From Acaryochloris thomasi RCC1774 (GTDB taxonomy: Bacteria > Cyanobacteriota > Cyanobacteriia > Thermosynechococcales > Thermosynechococcaceae): DNA of 32,000 nucleotides. The stretch spans positions 30,001-62,000 of the forward strand of contig NZ_PQWO01000006.1 in assembly GCF_003231495.1 (NCBI RefSeq), read 5' to 3'. The stretch's first letter is position 1; the number at the start of each line of letters is the position of its first letter. Both the position numbers and the translations under genes were made by a program. The notes below the pieces were generated by a model. That model did not search any database. It saw only the letters and a program-made list of their open reading frames with translations, and was not told where the DNA came from. Below are positions 25,251 to 32,000 of this stretch, one piece after another.

Positions 25251-26444
25251 CTAGGCAAGGTAGGGGGCGGGGTCGGTGGGCTCACCGTTGAAGCGCACCT
25301 CAAAGTGCAGATGTGGCCCCGTCGAGAGACCTGTAGAACCAATTGCGGCAATGGGCTGTCCCCGCTGTACAGATTGCCCTGGAACCACGTACAGCTCGCT
25401 GGCGTGACCATAGAGCGTTGTAAAACCGTTTCCGTGGCTGATAATCACGCAGTTGCCATAGCCGCCATTCCAGCCTGCTGTGATCACGGTTCCGGCTTCG
25501 GCGGCGTAGATGGGGGTTCCTGTGGGCGCACCAATATCCATGCCGCTATGGAGCCTCCCGCGGCCCAATATGGGGTGATAGCGATAGCCAAAGGAACTGG
25601 TAATAGGTCCATTGGCGGGGATTTGAAACTGTCCGCTACTGGTGGGGGGCGGGGCGCTGCTCGGGAGGCCGGGAACTCTCAAACGCTGCTGCAGCATCGT
25701 AGCAATGCGCTGGGAGTCTTGTGCAAGCTGAAGTTCGGCAGCTTCTAGAGCCTGACGATCGGTTTGCAGGCGGTTAACGAGCTGCCCCTGAATTTTGGCG
25801 TCTTCTTGGAAGTTCGCTTTTTGGCCCAAAAGCTGTTGACTGATCAGGGCAATCTGATTTTTCTGAATTTCGACCTGTAGCCGCTGGTCGGTGAGGCGAT
25901 CGCGATCTGCCTTTAGGGAGACTAGAGCTGTTTGGTCCGATTGGTAGACCAGTTTGAGCTGACGACGGCGATCGAGTAGCTGCTCTAGGGTGTTGCTCTG
26001 CAGCAGCGTAGCCCAGGTGTTGGTATTCCGCTGACGCTGTAAAAAGCGCAGGCGAGCAGAGGTGTTTCCTTGCTTTTGCTCATAGCTGGCCTTGGCCACA
26101 ACTAGCTCTTTCTCGAGCCGTTCTAGGTCTGTTTTGGCCTGATCTAGTTTGGCCTCATTCTCTGCAATTTGGGCGTCGGTAGCCTGTAGAGTTCGCTTAA
26201 TGCCTTGAAGACGATCTCGGGCTAACCCTTCCTGCTGCTGAACCTGGCGACGCTGCTGGGTGATGCCCTGGCGCTTTTGATCGACCGTCTGCTGCTGCCG
26301 CTGCAGTTCGCTGGGGTTTTGCGCCCTCACCGTGGGGGGGCCGTGCAAAACCAAGCTGGCGACGAGAGCCACACTGAACAACGCCACAAAGCCCAGCGGC
26401 AATTTATGTCGCGTCAGGCTTGGGAAAAATTTGAATCTAGACAT
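25251..26444 (-). CDS. M23-family metallopeptidase with N-terminal coiled coil (EnvC / murein-hydrolase-activator-like)
   Basis: It has an N-terminal signal/TM segment, a long Gln/Arg/Leu-rich coiled coil, and a C-terminal LytM/M23 domain with HSGMDI and GPHLHFEVR. I prefer the ATG at 26444 (MSRFKFF) over the TTG at 26465 used in the ORF track. Confidence 0.85.
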   Translation of the reverse strand: MSRFKFFPSLTRHKLPLGFVALFSVALVASLVLHGPPTVRAQNPSELQRQQQTVDQKRQGITQQRRQVQQQEGLARDRLQGIKRTLQATDAQIAENEAKLDQAKTDLERLEKELVVAKASYEQKQGNTSARLRFLQRQRNTNTWATLLQSNTLEQLLDRRRQLKLVYQSDQTALVSLKADRDRLTDQRLQVEIQKNQIALISQQLLGQKANFQEDAKIQGQLVNRLQTDRQALEAAELQLAQDSQRIATMLQQRLRVPGLPSSAPPPTSSGQFQIPANGPITSSFGYRYHPILGRGRLHSGMDIGAPTGTPIYAAEAGTVITAGWNGGYGNCVIISHGNGFTTLYGHASELYVVPGQSVQRGQPIAAIGSTGLSTGPHLHFEVRFNGEPTDPAPYLA

Positions 26445-26722
26445 TGCAGTCCATTGAGCGCTCAAAAAAGTAAGGCCATTATCCTCCTACGATTCTAAGC
26501 TTCTGAGACCTACATGCATAGGTGCGGTTGTTCTCGGCTGCCTTTTTCGAGCGCTGGCGGAAGGCATCTAAGGCGGTCGTTCGTCTGGCCTTGCTATGAT
26601 AGCGGTCGACAAGGTAATGATCACCATCGTCAACGGCAAAATTTTTTGAGCATCTTCTCTGAATTTTTGTGGAACGAAGGGGCGGCACCTGGACTCAAAT
26701 TACATTTTCTCAAAAGACTTAG

Positions 26723-27841
26723 ATGACAGCTACTCTGATTCCTGTACCGCTGCCTCAGCAGGCTTATTCGGTTGCAATTTCATCTTCTCTAACCGACATT
26801 GGCTCGCTGCTGACAAACCCTGAGATCCAGACTACAAAACTGGGTCAAAAAATGGTGGTGGTGTCGAACCCTCAAATTTGGAAGCACTACGGTCAAACGG
26901 TGGTCGATTCTCTGGAGAAGGCTGGCTTTGAGGTGACGCACTGCATTTTACCGGCGGGGGAACGCTACAAAACGCCAAAGTCGGTTCAGAAGATCTATGA
27001 CCATGCCCTCGCGCAACGGCTAGAGCGCTCATCGACCCTCGTGGCATTGGGCGGCGGTGTGATCGGTGATATGACGGGTTTCGCTGCAGCCACTTGGTTA
27101 CGTGGTATTGCGGTTGTACAGATCCCGACCAGTTTACTGGCAATGGTGGATGCGGCGATTGGCGGTAAAACTGGCGTCAATCATCCTCAGGGGAAAAATC
27201 TGATTGGGGCTTTCCATCAGCCTCGGCTGGTGTTGGTGGATCCTAATACGCTGGCGACGTTGCCAAGGCGGGAATTTCGGGCCGGGATGGCTGAGGTGAT
27301 TAAGTATGGTGTCATCTGGGATCGAGAATTGTTTGAAGAATTGGAGAGTTGCGATCGCATCGATCAGCTTCGTTTTCTTGCCCCTGCATTACTCACCAAA
27401 ATCCTGACGCGCTCCTGTCAGGCCAAAGCCGACGTCGTCAGCCAAGACGAAAAAGAAGGTGGCCTCAGAGCCATCCTCAACTACGGTCACACCATCGGCC
27501 ACGCCATCGAAAGCCTGACCCACTACCGCACCTTCAAACATGGCGAAGCCGTCGCCCTTGGCATGATTGCTGCAGGTCACATTGCCGTTGAGCTAGGGCT
27601 TTGGTCTACCGAGGATCTAGACCGCCAGCAGCAGTTGATTCTCAAAGCAGGGCTACCTACCCAACTACCTGACGACTTCCCCAGCGCCGACGTCGCCGAC
27701 CTCTTACTCACTGACAAAAAGGTCAAAGACGGAAAGGTACGCTTTATCTTACCCACTAAAATCGGTGCCGTGACGATCACAGATCAGGTGCCCAAAGCCG
27801 CAATTAAGAAATCCCTGGAGCCAATGCTGTCAGGTGCTTAA
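26723..27841 (+). CDS. aroB: 3-dehydroquinate synthase
   Basis: It has [62 protein letters not shown] and [10 protein letters not shown], the classic AroB nucleotide and metal motifs. The length is 372 aa. Confidence 0.95.
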   Translation: MTATLIPVPLPQQAYSVAISSSLTDIGSLLTNPEIQTTKLGQKMVVVSNPQIWKHYGQTVVDSLEKAGFEVTHCILPAGERYKTPKSVQKIYDHALAQRLERSSTLVALGGGVIGDMTGFAAATWLRGIAVVQIPTSLLAMVDAAIGGKTGVNHPQGKNLIGAFHQPRLVLVDPNTLATLPRREFRAGMAEVIKYGVIWDRELFEELESCDRIDQLRFLAPALLTKILTRSCQAKADVVSQDEKEGGLRAILNYGHTIGHAIESLTHYRTFKHGEAVALGMIAAGHIAVELGLWSTEDLDRQQQLILKAGLPTQLPDDFPSADVADLLLTDKKVKDGKVRFILPTKIGAVTITDQVPKAAIKKSLEPMLSGA

Positions 27842-27907
27842 AGCCTTTTCTTCTCAAGGATGGAATGATACTAACCCCAGTGCGGCCCTAATTCTAGATC
27901 GTGTTTT

Positions 27908-28810
27908 CTAACCGGCCAACTCAGAACTCAAGTGCTGATCCTGGCGAAGAAACGCCAGCAGCTCACGATTAACGATCCGAGGGGCTTCTTGCTGGATCCA
28001 GTGGCCGCATTCCGGCACGAACTTGAGCCGGAACGGCGCTTGAATCAGGCGCTCAAATCCCGTCGCAAAGTTAGGGCTCAACACCGTATCATCTTCACCC
28101 CACAGCACTAAAGTCGGGATATTGATCGGCAACAGCGATCGATCTCGCTTCAGCAACGATTCTGGGGCTAGCAATTGCCGGTAGTGATTGATGGCCGAAG
28201 ACAGGGCACCCGTCTTCTCTAAAGCGGCCTGATAAATCTTCAAGGTCTCACTCGAAAAAGGCGTTTTTCGGATTGCCTGCTTTTGGAACCAATTTTGCAA
28301 AAACTGCTGCAGGTTAACCTTAATCAACCATTCCGGCAACCCCGGCACCTGAAAGGCCAGCATGTACCAGCTTCTTCTGAGCTGATCCAAGTTGCTTGAC
28401 AGCTCCCGAAACAGCTTTTGGGGATGCGGCGTATTCAAGAGCACCAATCGTTTTAGATGCTGCGGAAACTTTTCGGCCAGGTTCCAAGCAATCATGCCGC
28501 CGCAATCGTGGCCGACAACGTGAGCACACTGATAGCCCAAATTTTGAATCAGACCTACAATATCTTGGCTGAGGGTATCGATATCGTAGCCATTCTCTGG
28601 CTTATCTGAGTCGTTATATCCCCTCAGATCTGGGACCACCACCTTAAAGTGACGAGCTAGGGCCGGAAGCTGATAGCGCCACGAGTACCAGAACTCAGGA
28701 AAACCGTGGAGTAAAATAACAAGATCCCCCTCACCTTGGGTGACGTAGTGCAACCGGATCTTATTGGTTTGGATAAATTGATGTTGCCAGCAATCACGAG
28801 ATTGGAACAT
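27908..28810 (-). CDS. Alpha/beta hydrolase, epoxide-hydrolase / haloalkane-dehalogenase-like subfamily
   Basis: It has LLHGFPEFWYSWRYQ (HGxP oxyanion motif plus WYSWR), the Asp nucleophile elbow VVGHDCGG, and a C-terminal GHW histidine motif (CGHWIQQE). Confidence 0.8.
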   Translation of the reverse strand: MFQSRDCWQHQFIQTNKIRLHYVTQGEGDLVILLHGFPEFWYSWRYQLPALARHFKVVVPDLRGYNDSDKPENGYDIDTLSQDIVGLIQNLGYQCAHVVGHDCGGMIAWNLAEKFPQHLKRLVLLNTPHPQKLFRELSSNLDQLRRSWYMLAFQVPGLPEWLIKVNLQQFLQNWFQKQAIRKTPFSSETLKIYQAALEKTGALSSAINHYRQLLAPESLLKRDRSLLPINIPTLVLWGEDDTVLSPNFATGFERLIQAPFRLKFVPECGHWIQQEAPRIVNRELLAFLRQDQHLSSELAG

Positions 28811-28987
28811 AATTTCGGTGTGCGATACCTCGTCGCGTGTAGAAATCCTGGCCTACCCACGTTGGCCAGATTTGTAAATGAGCATCCTTAAATCCCCCGT
28901 TCCGTTACTCAGCCTAGCACCCACCGGATAGCGTTGAGCATCTTCGGCTAAAAGTCGCTCTCAGATTCTTCTCTACTTAAGAAAGTC

Positions 28988-29326
28988 CTAATGACGAGCG
29001 GCCGCTAGTTCAGAAGCTGGAACTGTTTTAACCTTGAGCAGGTTTGCCAGCTCCTGCAGCTGGCAAATTGCCTCTGCGCCCTCTAATTTCATGAGTTCTC
29101 GGTCATCACGCATTTCAGTCCAGGTAATACCGTAGTCCGAAACTAAAAAGCGAATGAGATGATCTTCCCCTAAGCTGACCATAAAAGAGGCACTTTCCAT
29201 CTTGCCTCCACAGGTATAGCAAGAGGCCAGGTATCCTCTGCGCTCTAGCACAATCGCTAGAGCCTGCAAATTCATGACCAGATCTTGGACAAATTGGCGA
29301 TGTTGATCAGCTAATCGAAGAAACAC
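28988..29326 (-). CDS. Hypothetical protein (112 aa)
   Basis: A GTG start at 29326 is preceded by AGGAGGA 4 nt upstream. The composition looks protein-like, but I recognise no family. Confidence 0.5.
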   Translation of the reverse strand: MFLRLADQHRQFVQDLVMNLQALAIVLERRGYLASCYTCGGKMESASFMVSLGEDHLIRFLVSDYGITWTEMRDDRELMKLEGAEAICQLQELANLLKVKTVPASELAAARH

Positions 29327-29651
29327 AGGGTCCTCCTAAGTTTCGCACTTAGTATTGTAACGACTTTAAATATATTTAACTTTTGTCGCGTTTACTCCGA
29401 CAAAGCTGTTGAGAGCGCAACTACAGCTCATAAAAGTTTATTTATTGGTGAAATATAAACTCAAAACTGCAATCAAAGTAGTTTAATCTACTCAACCACA
29501 GCGTAGCCTGCAGCACAAACTTAAGATTTAAGGGCGCTGACGACTGAAGGAACAAGCCAAAGTGATGGGGTGGACACCTTTCCTTATGCTGCCCATTGAT
29601 CAAGCCGAAGTTATCAAATATTGCAGTGACATTGCCATAACTTTATAAAGC

Positions 29652-29682
29652 GGAACCTATTCCTACAAAAGGAATAGGTTCC
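29652..29682 (-). terminator. Stem-loop terminator downstream of amt
   Basis: GGAACCTATTCC (29652-29663), a 7-nt loop, then GGAATAGGTTCC (29671-29682) give a perfect 12-bp stem about 58 nt after the amt stop. On the minus strand it is followed by GCTTTATAAAG. Confidence 0.6.
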
Positions 29683-29740
29683 ATAAGTCTGATTCAGCCT
29701 GTAACTTTGGGAGCTGGGAGAATAGAGATGTTGATATCTA

Positions 29741-31204
29741 CTACTTCATCTCTTCTTTTAGGAAGCCACTATAGGCCTCCATGCCATGCTCGCCAATATC
29801 TAAGCCGCGCAGCTCTTCTTCTTGAGGCACCCGGATGCCCGCGACAGCCTTGATGATGCTCCAGACAATACCGCTAACAATCAGCGTGAAGGCTGCGACT
29901 GCTAGAATCCCAACAATTTGGGGGATGAGCTGCACAGTACCGCCCCCCAAGAACAAACCTGCTGCTGGACCTGCACCATCGCCATAGATTGTTCCATCAG
30001 GCCCCTGAGAGAACAGGCCCACAGCCAAGGTTCCCCAAACACCGCAGACACCGTGAACAGAGACAGCACCAACCGGGTCATCAATTCTGAGGCCATCAAT
30101 GATGGTGACAGAAAAAACAACGATGATGCCCGCGACTAAACCAATCACCGCAGCCCAAGGGATAGAGACAAAGGCACAAGGGGCAGTAATGCCCACAAGT
30201 CCGGCTAAGACGCCGTTGATAATCATTGAAAGGTCTGGCTTACCCAGATAGAACCAGGCGGTGAATGTTGCAGAGACTCCACCAAATGCGGCGGCAATAT
30301 TCGTGGTCGTAGCAATGTGGGCAATATCGCTGGCGGCAACACCCATTGTTGAGCCGGGATTAAAGCCAAACCACCCTAGCCACAGAATCAGACAGCCCAG
30401 CGTTGCTAAGCTCATGCTGTGCCCAGGAAGGGCCAGCGGGCCGGATTCAGAATACTTGCCAATCCGTGGGCCGAGGATAACCGCTCCCATTAGAGCAGCC
30501 CAGCCGCCCACAGAGTGAACCACGGTAGAACCGGCGAAGTCCCAGAAGTTGAAGCCGCCGAGCCAGCCGCCACCCCAAATCCAATGGCCGGTGATCGGGT
30601 ACATGATGCCCGTTAGAACAACACTAAAGATAATGAACGAGACAAATTTAATTCGTTCTGCAACTGCACCAGAGACAATCGTCGCCGCTGTACCGGCAAA
30701 CACGAGCTGGAACAGAAATTTCGCCGTCAAAGGCACACCGGTCCAGTTCAAGGCACTAAAAATACCTTGATAGTCATCTCCGGTGAGTGGGCTATTATCA
30801 GCACCCGCGAGAAAGAAGCCACCGGTTCCAAAGATTGGGGTGCCGTCGCCAAACATAAGGCCAAAGCCAATGGCCCAGTAGGCAATTGTGGCTAGGGCGA
30901 AGACGACTAGATTTTTCGCTAGAATATTGACAGCATTCTTCTGACGGCAAAATCCGGTCTCTAACATACCGAAGCCTGCGTTCATGAAGAACACGAGAAA
31001 GGCACAGAACAACACCCACATGGTGTCAAGTCCCACTCTCAGTTCTGCAGCGACTTCAGCCGCATCAGGAGGAGCATCCTGAGCCGTTGCGGCAAAGCCC
31101 CAGAACAAAATAATGATTGCTGCGAAGGGCAGACAGGCCTGCCAAAGAGGCGACAGGCGAATAACTGATTTGAGGTTAGACCTCTTTGGTTTCGGCTTAG
31201 ACAT
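29741..31204 (-). CDS. amt: Ammonium transporter (Amt family)
   Basis: It has multiple TM helices and Amt signatures: [55 protein letters not shown] and [15 protein letters not shown] prefer the ATG at 31204 (MSKPKPKRS...) over the upstream start at 31282 in the ORF track. Confidence 0.93.
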   Translation of the reverse strand: MSKPKPKRSNLKSVIRLSPLWQACLPFAAIIILFWGFAATAQDAPPDAAEVAAELRVGLDTMWVLFCAFLVFFMNAGFGMLETGFCRQKNAVNILAKNLVVFALATIAYWAIGFGLMFGDGTPIFGTGGFFLAGADNSPLTGDDYQGIFSALNWTGVPLTAKFLFQLVFAGTAATIVSGAVAERIKFVSFIIFSVVLTGIMYPITGHWIWGGGWLGGFNFWDFAGSTVVHSVGGWAALMGAVILGPRIGKYSESGPLALPGHSMSLATLGCLILWLGWFGFNPGSTMGVAASDIAHIATTTNIAAAFGGVSATFTAWFYLGKPDLSMIINGVLAGLVGITAPCAFVSIPWAAVIGLVAGIIVVFSVTIIDGLRIDDPVGAVSVHGVCGVWGTLAVGLFSQGPDGTIYGDGAGPAAGLFLGGGTVQLIPQIVGILAVAAFTLIVSGIVWSIIKAVAGIRVPQEEELRGLDIGEHGMEAYSGFLKEEMK

Positions 31205-31426
31205 CACCACTGTAATGTTCCTTAGATAAGCGAAGGACAAAGTAGACGGTAAACAACTACACGATGGCAGTACAACCCACAAAGCTTAAACAGCTATCTA
31301 TGAGAAGGGCGTCAAGAGTTTACCTTGGTGAGGGACCGAACTGCAGAAAATACAGCTTTAGATGACCTCACAGTCAGGAGTGAACGGTAGTTGAACCGAT
31401 TCCAGCAGGTCTAGTGCCGCCATTCT

Positions 31427-31440
31427 GTATCAATTAATAC
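31427..31440 (-). promoter_or_regulatory. Candidate NtcA-binding site (GTA-N8-TAC) of an amt promoter
   Basis: GTATCAATTAATAC is a perfect GTA-N8-TAC site. Read on the minus strand, it is followed after 22 nt by TGGAAT (31399-31404) as a possible -10. This geometry matches NtcA-activated class II promoters. The implied 5' UTR is about 190 nt. Confidence 0.5.
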
Positions 31441-31559
31441 ATTTTGTTGAGGGCTGGAGAGTTGATTGTGGTCGGTGATTGTGAAACGCTTAGGGATGGG
31501 CTTGAGCTCGTTGATAAGCTGCGCCGCTGGGCGCAGGCTAACCAAGGTACGGCGGCGGA

Positions 31560-32000
31560 ATGACCAAGGTTTGGGAAATTGATTTCTATTCACGGCCCAT
31601 CTTAGATGAGCAGCAAAAGAAAATTTGGGAACTCCTGGTTTGTGATACCCAACGCTCTTTTGAATACACTCAACAATGCTCAGGAGCTGAAGCGAATGCG
31701 CGTTGGCTGCAGAATGCTTTGACTGAGGCGATGGAGCAATGGCGACAGTCTCAGGGGGTGGCCGTATCGGAGCAGCCGGAGAAGATTCGTTTTTTCCGGC
31801 GTCAGATGAGCAGCATTATTACCCGTGCCTGCAAGGGGATAGGGATTCCGGCACAGGCCAGCCGCCGGACCTTCGCGATTTATCAATGGCTGCAGGAGCG
31901 TTCTTTACAGGTCTATCCACAGCATCCAGGCTATCAGCCGCTGATGGCTCCCCCGGCGCAATTTGATCCGATGCCGCCTCAGTCGCTACCGGATGCGTTG
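31560..32000 (+). CDS. Tab2-family (DUF1092) RNA-binding protein homologue, 3' end cut by the window edge
   Basis: This ORF is not in the supplied track because it has no stop in the window. My own translation from the ATG at 31560 gives MTKVWEIDFYSRPILDEQQKKIWELLVCD...IRFFRRQMSSIITRACKGIGIPAQASRRTFAIYQWLQERSLQVYPQHPGYQP, open for 147 codons to nt 32000. It resembles cyanobacterial Tab2 homologues as I remember them. Confidence 0.6.
   Translation, partial: MTKVWEIDFYSRPILDEQQKKIWELLVCDTQRSFEYTQQCSGAEANARWLQNALTEAMEQWRQSQGVAVSEQPEKIRFFRRQMSSIITRACKGIGIPAQASRRTFAIYQWLQERSLQVYPQHPGYQPLMAPPAQFDPMPPQSLPDAL

Noticed and set aside
26479-26688. A 69-aa basic ORF (minus strand) between the M23 peptidase and aroB genes.
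   Set aside because: It has only a GTG start, with no in-frame ATG and no obvious RBS. It lies in a divergent promoter region and overlaps an equally weak plus-strand ORF. I cannot support it as a gene, and ribosome profiling would be needed.
31411-31593. A 60-aa minus-strand ORF between amt and the Tab2-like gene.
   Set aside because: It spans the NtcA box and promoter region and overlaps the Tab2-like start codon. The translation is not protein-like.
1-32000. A search by eye for CRISPR arrays, tRNA/rRNA genes, intact IS elements or transposases, and toxin-antitoxin or defence-system genes.
   Set aside because: None was found. Intergenic regions are short apart from 12733-13492 and 29327-29740. 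They contain no regular direct-repeat/spacer pattern, no tRNA-like T-arm motifs, and no nuclease- or ATPase-type ORFs.

Overview
The window looks like a cyanobacterial chromosome segment. Evidence: at least 19 perfect HIP1 octamers (GCGATCGC) counted by eye, a Gun4 gene, a Tab2-like gene, an SLH/OprB-type porin and an NtcA-type GTA-N8-TAC site upstream of an ammonium transporter. The centre (about 4.1-22.7 kb, roughly 58% of the window) is a compact three-gene type I polyketide synthase locus. PKS1 (2871 aa, minus strand) has the domain order FAAL-type acyl-AMP ligase, carrier protein, KS, AT, DH, ER, KR, ACP. It is transcribed divergently, across a 760-bp largely AT-rich spacer, from an isopropylmalate/homocitrate-synthase-like gene followed by PKS2 (2642 aa). 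PKS2 has the order KS, AT, DH, ER, KR, ACP, then a fused PLP-dependent alpha-oxoamine synthase (AOS) domain at its C-terminus. No TE, reductase or condensation release domain is present. The predicted chemistry is fatty-acid loading, two fully reducing malonyl extensions, then off-loading by decarboxylative condensation with an amino acid. That would give a long-chain alpha-amino ketone (sphingoid-base-like or CAI-1-like lipid). I do not recognise this as a characterised cluster, and it is the main candidate for something new. Second-look items inside the locus: a roughly 186-bp G/C-run inverted-repeat element sitting in frame inside the PKS2 KR domain; C8 homopolymer tracts at both divergent gene starts; a C-terminal docking-like tail on PKS1 with no N-terminal partner on PKS2; and an embedded IPMS-like enzyme. 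The flanks carry ordinary genes: porin, flavodoxin-like protein, YcaC-like hydrolase, family IV esterase, small Rieske protein, Gun4, KirBac-type K+ channel, M23 peptidase, AroB, an epoxide-hydrolase-like alpha/beta hydrolase, a hypothetical protein, Amt and a Tab2-like protein. I found no rRNA, tRNA, CRISPR array or intact transposase. All calls come from reading the translations and sequence by eye; no database search was run.
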